In this document: positions 46,697 to 57,415 of the stretch, piece after piece
Layout: the number at the start of each line of letters is the position of its first letter
Position numbering within the stretch: position 1 is the stretch's first letter
Sequence record: OL631483.1
Direction: 5' to 3' (one strand)
Length of the DNA stretch: 64,000 nt
DNA from: Escherichia phage ECML-363
The notes under the pieces: model-generated
What the model was told of the DNA's origin: nothing
The model's database searches: none
The model's input: only the letters and a program-made list of their open reading frames with translations
Made by a program: the position numbers and the translations under genes

Positions 46697-47040
46697 TGAA
46701 AGGGGCCATAAGCAAATCCGCTATCTTTAATCATTTTAATTAACGTTAACATTCCTTTGTTAACTGCTCGTGAGATTTCATCAAAAACTTCATCACTATC
46801 ACCATAAAGATCGCTAAAAAGTTCTAACACGTTCTTCTGAACTTTTAATTTACAACCAACAAATTCGCCTACAGTAAATTCGTTTCCGCCAACTCCAGCG
46901 TAAAACGTAATTACACCAGTTAATGGTCTTTCACTAGAACATAGGTCGTGTGATAAATTAATATAAGCCGTCCCGGGCGCAGTTTTAAGTTGGCAACGAA
47001 TACTTACTCGAGAAATTCCAGCTACACGAATGTCAGACAT
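46681..47040 (-). CDS. Hypothetical protein (frd.2 position)
   Basis: 119 aa ORF. Confidence 0.5.
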
Positions 47041-47050
47041 ATTATTTTCC

Positions 47051-47293
47051 TCAAACAGACTTTTTCACAATTTTCCAATCAGCTTTAAACTGATCAACAT
47101 CAGAATGATAAATCCAAAATCCTGCGCTTTCACCATCTTCATAAAGCGGACATCCATCGCATTCATCTTCCCATCCCATATCACGTAAAAGATGTTCAGC
47201 TTTTTCAACAAGTTCAGAATCTTTACCGATGATATTAAAATACCATTTACCTCTAACTTCCGAATCTTTGATGCTCTGACGTTGTAATCTCAT
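47051..47293 (-). CDS. Hypothetical protein (frd.3 position)
   Basis: 80 aa ORF with GAGGAG RBS and an upstream early-type promoter. Confidence 0.5.
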   Translation of the reverse strand: MRLQRQSIKDSEVRGKWYFNIIGKDSELVEKAEHLLRDMGWEDECDGCPLYEDGESAGFWIYHSDVDQFKADWKIVKKSV

Positions 47294-47351
47294 TTTATTC
47301 TCCTCAAGTTGATAAGGCTATAGTATCATTACCATAGCCTGTTGTAAACAT

Positions 47352-47654
47352 TTATTTTTGAATTTTATCGAGCCACTTACCAAGCTTAATCATTTCTTTA
47401 GTAGCCTTTTCCATACTTCTGAACTTAACCAATAGAGGATAGGTATCGACACCCATAACTAAATTGGTTGCAAGACTGTGTTCACCCACAAGCCATAACG
47501 AATACGTTTGAATATCGAGTCCGTAATTTCTGTCTTTATGGACCCGTACACCCATCACTTCAAATTTCTCACTAGCTTTTTCTACCGCATCCAGGAAATC
47601 ATCTTTAGTCATATTAGGCCTTAAAAGTTTTTCGCAAAAGTTCAATGATTTCAT
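47352..47654 (-). CDS. Hypothetical protein
   Basis: 100 aa ORF. Confidence 0.45.
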   Translation of the reverse strand: MKSLNFCEKLLRPNMTKDDFLDAVEKASEKFEVMGVRVHKDRNYGLDIQTYSLWLVGEHSLATNLVMGVDTYPLLVKFRSMEKATKEMIKLGKWLDKIQK

Positions 47655-48000
47655 CTACATTGTTTTCGTCAACAATACAGTGAATTTTTGTTACGCCAGA
47701 AACTATACCTTCATTAGCGGATTGAGGCTTTTCTAAAGTTACCTCAGTAAAGTATTTGAATTCTTCAGAGTAAATCTCAAAATACGTCTCAAGTGGGCCA
47801 CCAGCCATGTATTCAGTGCCATCTTCCATAGTTACACGTACCACACAGTCACCAGCACAATCATCACTTTCCATTTCATCTACAACAAAACTAGGTCCGT
47901 GCTTCTCTATTAAATTTAGCATCATTACATTGCAACGGCACTCGTTAGCAAAGTCATTTTTAAATAAAGGGTTAATGATATAAGTTTTTCCAACTTCCAT
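47614..48000 (-). CDS. Hypothetical protein
   Basis: 128 aa ORF. Confidence 0.5.
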   Translation of the reverse strand: MEVGKTYIINPLFKNDFANECRCNVMMLNLIEKHGPSFVVDEMESDDCAGDCVVRVTMEDGTEYMAGGPLETYFEIYSEEFKYFTEVTLEKPQSANEGIVSGVTKIHCIVDENNVDEIIELLRKTFKA

Positions 48001-48043
48001 TTTGATTTCCTCATTTTAATAGGGCTTGATAGCCCCTTGATAA

Positions 48044-48274
48044 TTATTGTTCAATCAGTCCCATGTAAAATTCTGCGTCTTCAGAATCCATGCCATCACA
48101 ATATTCATTAGCCATAAAGCGGGTAAGGTCTTCAAGAGGACCTTCAATGACAATAGAAAAATTGCAATAATTGGGATCATCATGAATACTTGTGATACTA
48201 AGTTCAGGATAACGATTACGAATAATCTCTTCAATATATTCAAAATCAACGATGTCAATATCAACTTTAGCCAT
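48044..48274 (-). CDS. Hypothetical small acidic protein
   Basis: 76 aa from ATG at 48274 (MAKVDIDIV...) with AAGAGGA RBS; the longer track ORF would run through the gene 32 terminator. Confidence 0.45.
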   Translation of the reverse strand: MAKVDIDIVDFEYIEEIIRNRYPELSITSIHDDPNYCNFSIVIEGPLEDLTRFMANEYCDGMDSEDAEFYMGLIEQ

Positions 48275-48369
48275 ATTATTTTCCTCTTTAATCATCAGCA
48301 GTATTGCCGATAGTTGTATAGTACCATGGAAGGACAAGGATGTAAACAGTTTTGTGAAAAAATTTTTGA

Positions 48370-48398
48370 AATAAAAAAAGGGGACCTCTAGGGTCCCC
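48370..48398 (-). terminator. Intrinsic terminator downstream of gene 32
   Basis: Minus-strand GGGGACCC-UAGA-GGUCCCC followed by UUUUUUUAUUU. Confidence 0.7.
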
Positions 48399-48420
48399 AA
48401 TTAATTAGTAATATAATCTA

Positions 48421-49329
48421 TTAAAGGTCATTCAAAAGGTCATCCAGGTCCGTGTCATCAGCACTAGATGAACTGCCAGAGCTTGAGCTCATAAAATCAT
48501 CTTCAGTTTTTGTTTTGAAGTCATCAACATTGAATGCATCCAAATCATCAGCAACTTTATCAGCTTTCTTAGCAGCAGTTGCAGCGGCACCGCCCATCAC
48601 AGCAGTTCCCATAACTTGACCGAATTTAGTATTCAGTTCTTCAAACGATTTGAATTTATCTTTAGAAGTCATTTCAGAAAGGTCAACCATTTGTTCGAAC
48701 AGTTCTTTCTGGAAAGATTCATCATCAATGTTTGGAATCGCAGATTGATTCAGGAATTTAGATTCGTCGTAGTTACTAAAACCAGAAACTTGTTTAACTT
48801 TCAGTACAAAGTTAGCACCTTCCCACGGACAAGTTACATCAACCGGAGTTTCACCCATTTCAACATCAACTGCAATCATTGCGTTGATTTTATCCCAGAT
48901 TTTCTTACCGAAACGGTATTTAAATACTTTACCTTCATTTTCTGGAGCAGCCGGGTCTTTTACTACAAGAATGTTAGCCCAGTAAGAAGTTTTACGTTTA
49001 ACAAGACCGTATTCTTTATTGTCAGTGTTGTACAAATCATTTTTACTGATGTACTGACATACTGGACAAGAATCGTAATCACCGTGAGTAGATGAACAGT
49101 TTTCAATATACCATTTACCATTTTTCTTGAAACCGTGATTTACAAGAATTGCGAATGGTGCTTGTTCATCATTTTTAGACGGAAGAAAACGAATTACTGC
49201 TTGACCGTTACCCGCATTATCGAGTTTCAGTTTCCACTCGCCTTTATCTTCAGAAGAAAAACCACCTTTATTTCCAGCCAGTTTAGCCATTTGTGCAGCG
49301 AGTTCAGCAGTAGATTTACGTTTAAACAT
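48421..49329 (-). CDS. 32: Single-stranded DNA-binding protein gp32
   Basis: 301 aa (T4 gp32 length); acidic Ser/Asp-rich C-terminus; translational operator-like leader upstream; terminator downstream. Confidence 0.95.
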   Translation of the reverse strand: MFKRKSTAELAAQMAKLAGNKGGFSSEDKGEWKLKLDNAGNGQAVIRFLPSKNDEQAPFAILVNHGFKKNGKWYIENCSSTHGDYDSCPVCQYISKNDLYNTDNKEYGLVKRKTSYWANILVVKDPAAPENEGKVFKYRFGKKIWDKINAMIAVDVEMGETPVDVTCPWEGANFVLKVKQVSGFSNYDESKFLNQSAIPNIDDESFQKELFEQMVDLSEMTSKDKFKSFEELNTKFGQVMGTAVMGGAAATAAKKADKVADDLDAFNVDDFKTKTEDDFMSSSSGSSSSADDTDLDDLLNDL

Positions 49330-49400
49330 TTTTATTTCCTTTTTAATTTAATTAACAGTTGGTGCTATGACGATGTATGACCTCATAGCTGGTCAGTGAG
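49330..49400 (-). promoter_or_regulatory. Gene 32 translational operator-like leader (A/U-rich, UUAAA repeats)
   Basis: mRNA-sense leader ...UUAAUUAAAUUAAAAAGGAAAUAAAAAUG directly upstream of the gene 32 AUG, resembling the T4 autoregulatory site. Confidence 0.6.
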
Positions 49401-49412
49401 ATAATTATAATC

Positions 49413-49420
49413 TATTTATA
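49413..49420 (-). promoter_or_regulatory. Late promoter (TATAAATA on minus strand) upstream of gene 32
   Basis: TATTTATA on plus strand ~85 nt upstream of the gene 32 start. Confidence 0.55.
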
Positions 49421-49428
49421 ATAAGCAA

Positions 49429-50082
49429 TTAATACTTGCAAGATTTCACAGTTTCAATGAAAACACTTTTAGCTTTCTGTGAATCAATATTTAAAATTTT
49501 TCTATAAGCCTTTAACTTTATAGAATAATTATTCCAGACTAAATTATCAGTCTGTTCATCATGTTTATCGATTATATTTAAAAACGAATCAAGCAAGATA
49601 AACGTCTCAAACGAAATTATATTCGATTGAAGTAGTTTAAAAATATAACTTGATTGAACTTTTGGATTATACTCAAAGATTTCTTTAAAAGCAGAAACTT
49701 CAACTTTTTTACTAAAATAATAGATATTCCTAATATCTTCTTCAAACTTAAATTTAATTTGCTTTAAGCGTCCGATATATTCACGATAAAACACAAGTGC
49801 ATCAGCGTCAGAGATGTCACCAATCCAAGCATCCTGGTTAGCAACCAAATTACTTATAAAGATTAAAGCAAGTTCCTTTAATTTATATTTTTCTGATAAC
49901 TTCTGGAAAAAATACTTATCCCTTCGCTTTTGATAAGCGGCATCAGACACCCGCATGCACCAATTATACTTAATAACATCATACTTTCCATTCATATGTT
50001 GTTTTATCATTAAGTATAATTTATAAACTGATTTACCATCAATATATCTTTCACCTCCAGCAGGCATGCGGAGTTTAATCAT
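49429..50082 (-). CDS. 59: gp59 helicase loading protein
   Basis: 217 aa (T4 gp59 length), between 32 and 33. Confidence 0.88.
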   Translation of the reverse strand: MIKLRMPAGGERYIDGKSVYKLYLMIKQHMNGKYDVIKYNWCMRVSDAAYQKRRDKYFFQKLSEKYKLKELALIFISNLVANQDAWIGDISDADALVFYREYIGRLKQIKFKFEEDIRNIYYFSKKVEVSAFKEIFEYNPKVQSSYIFKLLQSNIISFETFILLDSFLNIIDKHDEQTDNLVWNNYSIKLKAYRKILNIDSQKAKSVFIETVKSCKY

Positions 50083-50426
50083 AGCAGAAAATCTAATGTA
50101 TTAGTTTTTTCACAACGAACAACAGAAGGACGTAAAAGATTTTCGTCAATGGCTTCTGACTGAATTTTTTCAATTATACCTGAAGGAATAAATTTAGCAA
50201 ATTGAGTTTCAGGAATAGAATTTTCTTCCAAGAATGCTGTTGTAGCTTCAAGATAACTCATTCCAAACTCTTCTACCATTTTTTCAATAATAAATCCATT
50301 TTCTTGACGATCAAGAAGCTTTGCTATTTCATCCTTTTCTTTCTTAATTGAAAGTTCTTTTTCTGAAAGACCGGTCTCATCGACCGGACGAATATCATTT
50401 AGAGAAAACTGTGTCATAAAGTTCAA
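50079..50426 (-). CDS. 33: gp33 late transcription co-activator
   Basis: 115 aa (T4 gp33 is 112 aa), synteny. Confidence 0.8.
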   Translation of the reverse strand: MNFMTQFSLNDIRPVDETGLSEKELSIKKEKDEIAKLLDRQENGFIIEKMVEEFGMSYLEATTAFLEENSIPETQFAKFIPSGIIEKIQSEAIDENLLRPSVVRCEKTNTLDFLL

Positions 50427-50664
50427 CTACCTCTTCAGTTTCAGCTTCAAACACATCACGGTTATCTTTATGATACAAAGCTAATAGACGATTAAACATC
50501 TTACCATCAACGCCAAGTTCATCTTTGGCACGAATTCGAATATCTTTAATCAGTTCATTATAACCGGAAATTTTCAGTTTATGATCAGATGCTTCTTTAA
50601 TAAATTTAGCCAAGTCTTCGCCATGGATAGCTTCATCAAATTCAACCATTTCTTTTTTAGCCAT
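50395..50664 (-). CDS. dsbA: DsbA double-stranded DNA-binding protein
   Basis: 89 aa (T4 DsbA length), synteny. Confidence 0.8.
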   Translation of the reverse strand: MAKKEMVEFDEAIHGEDLAKFIKEASDHKLKISGYNELIKDIRIRAKDELGVDGKMFNRLLALYHKDNRDVFEAETEEVVELYDTVFSK

Positions 50665-50672
50665 TATTCACC

Positions 50673-51590
50673 TCAAAATTCATTAATGCTGTTAGTTAAT
50701 TTAGAAAGACCAGATTTTACAAAATAAGAATAAATTTTGCCACGCGGTGGTAATTTATATGAATTATAGTAATTCACAATGTTTGAAGCAATATTATCAG
50801 GAATATAATCAAAATCAATTAGAACTAAATTTTCTTTATAACGATTATATTCAGATTCTGTGAGAAGCACCTTAGCTTGTTCACGGTCATTAGCAATAGC
50901 TTCAACGATTGAAGTTTTCATTGAAGGAGTTCGTTCACCTTCAACTTTGGTAAACCAAAAGTCAGATCGTACTTTAACTGAAGCAACGTTATCCTTTTTG
51001 TCACCTTTAAGGATTTTAGTCATACAGTCAATTTCAGCAGAACCGCTTTTAATTTTAACCCATTTCTTATGCATCGGTGACCATTGCTTAACATTTGGAT
51101 ATTTGTGAAGCTGCGTAAAGTCACCATCCGATGAAATGATTAAAATCTTGTGTCCTTCTAAAGAGAACTTTTTAACAAGTACTGCAATGTGGTCATCTGC
51201 TTCATACTTATCAATATCCATAACAATGTATGGCATATAAGCTTTCAATTCATCTATAACTTTATGGCTGGATTCAAAATAACCTTCCCAGTCCCAAGTC
51301 GATTCTTCTCGTGCTTTTCCACGGTTTTTCTTATAATAATACGCGAAATCACGACGCCAGTATCCAGATTTCGCATTATCAATACACAGTACAATTTTAG
51401 TGTATCCAAGAGTTTTTGCTTTTTTGACATTAAACTTAATTGAGTTCAATATCAAATGACGAACCATTGATAAATTAATTTTTTCTTTATCTGGAAAGTT
51501 TACTAAAGCAGTTGAAAGCGCAATTTGACTAAAGTCAATAAAGCAAATTCCTTCTTTGTAATCTTCATCCAGCATCATTTCTAAATCCAT
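50673..51590 (-). CDS. rnh: RNase H (5'-3' exonuclease / flap endonuclease)
   Basis: 305 aa from ATG at 51590 (MDLEMMLDEDYKEG...); synteny with gene 34. Confidence 0.9.
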   Translation of the reverse strand: MDLEMMLDEDYKEGICFIDFSQIALSTALVNFPDKEKINLSMVRHLILNSIKFNVKKAKTLGYTKIVLCIDNAKSGYWRRDFAYYYKKNRGKAREESTWDWEGYFESSHKVIDELKAYMPYIVMDIDKYEADDHIAVLVKKFSLEGHKILIISSDGDFTQLHKYPNVKQWSPMHKKWVKIKSGSAEIDCMTKILKGDKKDNVASVKVRSDFWFTKVEGERTPSMKTSIVEAIANDREQAKVLLTESEYNRYKENLVLIDFDYIPDNIASNIVNYYNSYKLPPRGKIYSYFVKSGLSKLTNSINEF

Positions 51591-51652
51591 ATGAACCTCG
51601 TTCAATTAGTGAGATTTCTATTATATACCATCCAAATCTTAAAGTAAACAAG

Positions 51653-51660
51653 TATAAATA
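51653..51660 (+). promoter_or_regulatory. Late promoter TATAAATA for gene 34
   Basis: Exact TATAAATA ~35 nt upstream of ATG 51695. Confidence 0.7.
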
Positions 51661-51694
51661 CTTATTATTGAAAACACAATAGGAGCCCGGGAGA

Positions 51695-54600
51695 ATGGCC
51701 GAGATTAAAAGAAAGTTCAGAGCAGAAGACGGTCTGGACGCAGGTGGCGATAAAATAATCAACGTAGCTTTAGCTGATCGTACCGTAGGAACTGACGGTG
51801 TTAACGTTGATTACTTAATTCAAGAAAACACAGTTCAACAATATGATCCAACTCGTGGATATTTAAAAGATTTTGTAATCATTTATGATAACCGTTTTTG
51901 GGCTGCTATAAATGATATTCCAAAACCAGCAGGAGCTTTTAATAGCGTACGATGGAGAGCGTTACGTACTGATGCAAACTGGACAACTGTTTCGTCAGGA
52001 CCTTATCAATTAAAATCAGGCGAATCGATTTCAGTTAACACTGCAGCGGGTAATGACATTACATTTACTTTGCCATCTTCTCCAATTGATGGTGATACTA
52101 TCGTTCTCCAAGATATTGGAGGAAAACCTGGAGTTAACCAGGTTTTAATTACAGCTCCGGTACAAAGCATTGTAAACTTTAGAGGTCAACAAGTACGCTC
52201 AGTACTAATGACTCATCCAAAATCACAGATAGTTTTAATTTTTAGTAATCGTCTGTGGCAAATGTATGTTGCTGATTATAGCAGAGAAGCGGCAGTTGTA
52301 ACGCCAGCGAGTCTTTATCAAGCGCAATCAAACGATTTTATCGTGCGTAGATTTACTTCTGCTTCAGCAATTAATATTAAACTTCCTAGATTTGCTAATC
52401 ATGGGGATATTATTAATTTTGTTGATTTAGATAAATTAAATCCGTTATATCATACTATCGTTACTACATACGATGAAACGACTTCAGTACAAGAAGTTGG
52501 AACTCATTCTATTGAAGGCCGTACATCTATTGATGGTTTCTTAATGTTTGATGATAATGAGAAATTGTGGAGATTGTTTGACGGGGATAGTAAAGCACGT
52601 TTACGCATTATAACGACTAATTCTAATATTCGTCCAAATGAAGAAGTCATGGTATTTGGCGCGAATAATGGAACAACCCAAACAATTGAACTTCAGCTTC
52701 CAACTGATATTTCTATCGGTGATACTGTTAAGATTTCCATGAATTATATGAGAAAAGGACAAACAGTTAAAATCAAAGCTGCCGGTGAAGATAAAATTGC
52801 TTCTTCAGTTCAATTGCTGCAATTTCCAAAACGTTCAGAATACCCACCTGAAACTAAATGGGTGACTGTTCAAGAATTAGTTTTTAATGGCGAAACCAAT
52901 TATGTTCCAGTTTTACAGCTTGCTTATATTGAAGATTCCGATGGAAAATATTGGGTTGTACAGCAAAACGTTCCAACTGTAGAAAGAGTAGACTCTTTAA
53001 ATAATTCTACTAGAGCAAGATTAGGCGTAATTGCTTTAGCTACACAGGCTCAAGCTAATGCTGATCTAGAAAATTCTCCACAAAAAGAACTGGCAATTAC
53101 TCCAGAAACGCTAGCTAATCGTACTGCTACAGAAACTCGTAGAGGTATTGCAAGAATAGCAACAACTGCGCAAGTAAACCAGGATACCACATTCTCTTTT
53201 GCAGATGACCTTATCATCACTCCTAAAAAGTTGAATGAAAGAACTGCTACAGAAACTCGCAGAGGTGTCGCAGAAATTGCTACGCAACAGGAAACTAATA
53301 CAGGTACTGATGATACTACAATCATTACTCCTAAAAAGCTTCAAGCTCGCCAAGGTTCTGAATCATTATCTGGTATTGTAACTTTTGTATCTACTGCAGG
53401 TGCTACTCCGGCTTCTAGCCGTGAATTAAATGGTACGAATGTTTATAATAAAAACACTAATAACTTAGTTGTTTCACCTAAAGCCTTGGATCAGTATAAA
53501 GCTACTCCAACACAGCAAGGTGCGGTAATTTTAGCAGTTGAAAGTGAAGTAATTGCTGGACAAAGTCAAGAAGGATGGGCAAATGCGGTTGTAACGCCAG
53601 AAACGTTACATAAAAAGACATCAACTGATGGAAGAATTGGTTTAATTGAAATTGCTACTCAAAGTGAAGTTAATACAGGAACTGATTATACTCGTGCAGT
53701 CACTCCTAAAACTTTAAATGACCGTAGAGCAACTGAAAGTTTAAGTGGTATAGCTGAAATTGCTACACAAGTTGAATTCGACGCAGGCGTCGACGATACT
53801 CGTATCTCTACACCATTAAAAATTAAAACTAGATTTAATAGTACTGATCGTACTTCTGTTGTTGCTCTATCTGGATTAGTTGAATCAGGAACTCTCTGGG
53901 ACCATTATACCCTTAATATTCTTGAAGCAAATGAGACACAACGTGGTACACTTCGTGTGGCTACACAAGTTGAAGCTGCTGCTGGAAAATTAGATAATGT
54001 TTTAATAACTCCTAAAAAGCTTTTAGGTACTAAATCTACCGAATCACAAGAAGGTGTTATTAAAGTTGCAACTCAGTCTGAAACTGTGGCTGGAACGTCA
54101 GCGAACACTGCTGTATCTCCAAAAAATTTAAAATGGATTGTACAGAGTGAACCTACCTGGGCAGCTACTACTGCGATAAGAGGTTTTGTTAAAACTTCAT
54201 CTGGTTCAATTACATTTGTCGGTAATGATACAGTCGGTTCTACCCAAGATTTAGAACTGTATGAGAAAAATAGCTATGCAGTATCACCATACGAATTAAA
54301 CCGTGTATTAGCAAATTATTTGCCATTAAAAGCAAAAGCTGCAGATAGTAATTTATTGGATGGTCTAGATTCATCTCAGTTCATTCGTAGGGACATTGCG
54401 CAGACGGTTAATGGTTCACTAACCTTAACCCAACAAACGAATCTGAGTGCCCCTCTTGTATCATCTAGTACTGCTACGTTTGGTGGTTCAGTTACAGCAA
54501 ATAGTGTACTAACGATTTCTAATACTGGAACAGCAACTCGATTGATTTTTGAGAAAGGACCTCAAACTGGAACAAACCCAGCCCAAACGATGACTGTTAG

Positions 54601-55564
54601 AGTGTGGGGAAATCAATTTAGTGGGGAATTAGATACAACACGTTCTACCGTATTTGAAGTTAGTGATGAAACATCTAGTCATTTTTATTCTCAGCGCAAT
54701 AAAGCTGGAAATATAACATTTAATATCAACGGTACAGTAACACCGATAAATGTTAATGCTTCAGGAACATTGAATGCAAATGGCGCAGCAACATTTGGTA
54801 ATTCAGTCACTGCAACTGGTGAAATTATTTCTCGAAGCGCAAATGCTTTCCGTGCTATTAACGGAAATTATGGTTTCATTATTCGCAACGATGGATCAGT
54901 AACGAATTTTATGCTTACTGCATCGGGTGATCAGACTGGTGGATTCAATGGATTACGCCCATTAGCTATTAATAATGCATCTGGTCAAGTAACGATTGGT
55001 GAAAGCTTAATCATCGCCAAAGGTGCTACTATAAATTCTGGTGGTTTAACTGTTAACTCGAGAATTCGTTCTCAAGGTACTAAAACATCTGACTTATATA
55101 CACGCGCGCCAACATCTGATACTGTAGGATTCTGGTCAATTGATATTAACGATTCAGCTACTTATAACCAGTTCCCAGGTTATTTTAAAATGGTTGAAAA
55201 AACTAATGAAGTGACTGGTCTTCCATATTTAGAACGTGGCGAAGAAGTTAAATCTCCTGGTACACTGACTCAGTTTGGTAACACACTTGATTCGCTTTAT
55301 CAAGATTGGATTACTTATCCAACGACGCCAGAAGCGCGTACCACTCGCTGGACACGTACATGGCAGAAAACCAAAAATTCTTGGTCAAGTTTTGTTCAGG
55401 TATTTGATGGAGGTAACCCTCCTCAACCGTCTGATATCGGTGCTTTACCATCTGATAATGCTACAATGGGTAATCTTACTATTCGTGATTTCTTACGAAT
55501 TGGTAATGTTCGCATTATTCCTGACCCAGTGAATAAAACTGTTAAATTTGAATGGGTTGAATAA
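51695..55564 (+). CDS. 34: Long tail fibre proximal subunit gp34
   Basis: 1289 aa (T4 gp34 length); N-terminus MAEIKRKFRAEDGLDAGGDKI; internal fibre repeats. Confidence 0.95.
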   Translation: MAEIKRKFRAEDGLDAGGDKIINVALADRTVGTDGVNVDYLIQENTVQQYDPTRGYLKDFVIIYDNRFWAAINDIPKPAGAFNSVRWRALRTDANWTTVSSGPYQLKSGESISVNTAAGNDITFTLPSSPIDGDTIVLQDIGGKPGVNQVLITAPVQSIVNFRGQQVRSVLMTHPKSQIVLIFSNRLWQMYVADYSREAAVVTPASLYQAQSNDFIVRRFTSASAINIKLPRFANHGDIINFVDLDKLNPLYHTIVTTYDETTSVQEVGTHSIEGRTSIDGFLMFDDNEKLWRLFDGDSKARLRIITTNSNIRPNEEVMVFGANNGTTQTIELQLPTDISIGDTVKISMNYMRKGQTVKIKAAGEDKIASSVQLLQFPKRSEYPPETKWVTVQELVFNGETNYVPVLQLAYIEDSDGKYWVVQQNVPTVERVDSLNNSTRARLGVIALATQAQANADLENSPQKELAITPETLANRTATETRRGIARIATTAQVNQDTTFSFADDLIITPKKLNERTATETRRGVAEIATQQETNTGTDDTTIITPKKLQARQGSESLSGIVTFVSTAGATPASSRELNGTNVYNKNTNNLVVSPKALDQYKATPTQQGAVILAVESEVIAGQSQEGWANAVVTPETLHKKTSTDGRIGLIEIATQSEVNTGTDYTRAVTPKTLNDRRATESLSGIAEIATQVEFDAGVDDTRISTPLKIKTRFNSTDRTSVVALSGLVESGTLWDHYTLNILEANETQRGTLRVATQVEAAAGKLDNVLITPKKLLGTKSTESQEGVIKVATQSETVAGTSANTAVSPKNLKWIVQSEPTWAATTAIRGFVKTSSGSITFVGNDTVGSTQDLELYEKNSYAVSPYELNRVLANYLPLKAKAADSNLLDGLDSSQFIRRDIAQTVNGSLTLTQQTNLSAPLVSSSTATFGGSVTANSVLTISNTGTATRLIFEKGPQTGTNPAQTMTVRVWGNQFSGELDTTRSTVFEVSDETSSHFYSQRNKAGNITFNINGTVTPINVNASGTLNANGAATFGNSVTATGEIISRSANAFRAINGNYGFIIRNDGSVTNFMLTASGDQTGGFNGLRPLAINNASGQVTIGESLIIAKGATINSGGLTVNSRIRSQGTKTSDLYTRAPTSDTVGFWSIDINDSATYNQFPGYFKMVEKTNEVTGLPYLERGEEVKSPGTLTQFGNTLDSLYQDWITYPTTPEARTTRWTRTWQKTKNSWSSFVQVFDGGNPPQPSDIGALPSDNATMGNLTIRDFLRIGNVRIIPDPVNKTVKFEWVE
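53020..54135 (+). repeat. 34: Degenerate ~40 aa coding repeats inside gene 34
   Basis: At least six units of the motif (I/V)TP(K/E)xL...ATE...G...EIATQ.E...GTDDT in the translated sequence. Confidence 0.55.
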
Positions 55565-55572
55565 GAGGTATT

Positions 55573-56688
55573 ATGGAAAAATTTATGGCAGAGTTTGGAC
55601 AAGGATATGTCCAAACGCCATTTTTATCGGAAAGCAATTCAGTAAGATATAAAATAAGTATAGCGGGTTCTTGCCCGCTTTCTACCGCAGGACCATACGT
55701 TAAATTTCAGGATAATCCTGTAGGAAGTCAAACATTTAGTGCAGGTCTTCATTTAAGAGTTTTTGACCCTTCCACGGGAGCATTGGTTGATAGTAAGTCA
55801 TATGTTTTTTCGACTTCAAATGATACTACATCAGCTGCTTTTGTTAGTTTCATGAATTCTTTTTCAAGCAATAGACTTGTTGCCATATTAACTAGCGGAA
55901 AGGTTAATTTTCCTCCTGAAGTAGTATCTTGGTTAAGAACGGCAGGAACATCTGCTTTTCCATCTGATTCTTTATTGTCAAGATTTGATGTATCATATGC
56001 TGCCTTTTACACTTCTTCTAAAAGAGCTATCGCACTAGAGCATGTTAAACTGAGTAACAGAAAAAGCACAGATGACTATCAAACTATATTAGATGTAGTA
56101 TTTGACAGTTTAGAAGATGTTGGAGCGACAGGATTTCCTAAAAGAACATATGAAAGCGTTGAGCAATTTATGTCAGCTGTTGGTGGAACTAATAACGAAA
56201 TTGCACGTCTACCTACAGCATCTGCAATAAGTAAACTTTCTGACTATAATTTAATTCCTGGAGATGTTCTTTATCTTAAAGCACAACTATATGCTGATGC
56301 TGATTTACTTGCTCTTGGAACTACAAATATATCTATCCGTTTTTATAATGCATCAAATGGATATATTTCCTCGACACAAGCTGAGTTTACCGGACAAGCT
56401 GGGTCTTGGGAATTAAAAGAAGATTATGTAGTTGTTCCTGAAAATGCAGTAGGATTTACGATATACGCACAGAGAACTGCACAAGCGGGTCAAGGCGGTA
56501 TGAGAAATTTAAGCTTTTCTGAAGTGTCAAGAAATGGCGGCATTTCAAAACCTGCTGAGTTTGGCGTCAATGGTATTCGAGTTAATTATATCTGCGAATC
56601 TGCTTCACCTCCAGATATAATGGTACTTCCTACGCAAGCATCGTCTAAAACTGGTAAAGTGTTTGGGCAAGAATTTAGAGAAGTTTAA
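55573..56688 (+). CDS. 35: Long tail fibre hinge protein gp35
   Basis: 371 aa (T4 gp35 is 372 aa), synteny. Confidence 0.92.
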   Translation: MEKFMAEFGQGYVQTPFLSESNSVRYKISIAGSCPLSTAGPYVKFQDNPVGSQTFSAGLHLRVFDPSTGALVDSKSYVFSTSNDTTSAAFVSFMNSFSSNRLVAILTSGKVNFPPEVVSWLRTAGTSAFPSDSLLSRFDVSYAAFYTSSKRAIALEHVKLSNRKSTDDYQTILDVVFDSLEDVGATGFPKRTYESVEQFMSAVGGTNNEIARLPTASAISKLSDYNLIPGDVLYLKAQLYADADLLALGTTNISIRFYNASNGYISSTQAEFTGQAGSWELKEDYVVVPENAVGFTIYAQRTAQAGQGGMRNLSFSEVSRNGGISKPAEFGVNGIRVNYICESASPPDIMVLPTQASSKTGKVFGQEFREV

Positions 56689-56693
56689 ATTGA

Positions 56694-56720
56694 GGGAGCC
56701 TTCGGGCTCCCTTTTTCTTT
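56694..56720 (+). terminator. Intrinsic terminator after gene 35
   Basis: GGGAGCC-TTCG-GGCTCCC followed by TTTTTCTTT. Confidence 0.65.
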
Positions 56721-56727
56721 ATAAATA
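56720..56727 (+). promoter_or_regulatory. Late promoter TATAAATA for gene 36
   Basis: Exact TATAAATA just after the gene 35 terminator. Confidence 0.7.
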
Positions 56728-56750
56728 CTATTAAAATAAAGGGGCATACA

Positions 56751-57407
56751 ATGGCTGATTTAAAAGTAGGTTCAACAACTGGAGGCTCTGTCATTTGGCA
56801 TCAAGGAAATTTTCCATTGAATCCAGCCGGTGACGATGTACTCTATAAATCATTTAAAATATATTCAGAATATAATAAACCACAAGCTGCTGATAACGAT
56901 TTCGTTTCTAAAGCTAATGGTGGTACATATTTAAATAAAGTAATTTTTAATAAAGGAATGACTGTTCCTGGTGCTGGGTCAGGTGACAACGGTATTTTTG
57001 CCGGTCCTGGTGATAATGCCACATATGATACTACAAATATGGATATTGTTTCATGGTATGGTATCGGCTTTAAATCATCACAAGGGGCAGCAGGTAGAAC
57101 TGTAGTAATTAACACACGAAACGGAGATATTAGCTCAAAGGGTGTAATTGAAGCATCACAAATACGCGCAACTTCGTTATCACCAGTAAATAATTATGAC
57201 CTTACGAGAAAAGATTATGTTGATGGAGCAATAAATATTGTTACAACAAATGTAAACTCTAGAGTATTACGCTCTGGAGACACTATGACAGGAAATTTAA
57301 CTGCGCCAAACCTTTTTTCACAGAATCCTGCATCTCAACCCTCGCATGTTCCGCGATTTGACCAAATCGTAATTAAGGATTCTGTTCAAGATTTCGGCTA
57401 TTATTAA
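56751..57407 (+). CDS. 36: Long tail fibre distal small subunit gp36
   Basis: 218 aa, preceded by terminator and TATAAATA late promoter. Confidence 0.9.
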   Translation: MADLKVGSTTGGSVIWHQGNFPLNPAGDDVLYKSFKIYSEYNKPQAADNDFVSKANGGTYLNKVIFNKGMTVPGAGSGDNGIFAGPGDNATYDTTNMDIVSWYGIGFKSSQGAAGRTVVINTRNGDISSKGVIEASQIRATSLSPVNNYDLTRKDYVDGAINIVTTNVNSRVLRSGDTMTGNLTAPNLFSQNPASQPSHVPRFDQIVIKDSVQDFGYY

Positions 57408-57415
57408 GAGGACTT

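Noticed and set aside
53050-53353. Two overlapping antisense ORFs (91 and 80 aa) inside gene 34
   Set aside because: Lie within the repeat region of gp34 on the opposite strand; no start context; likely spurious.
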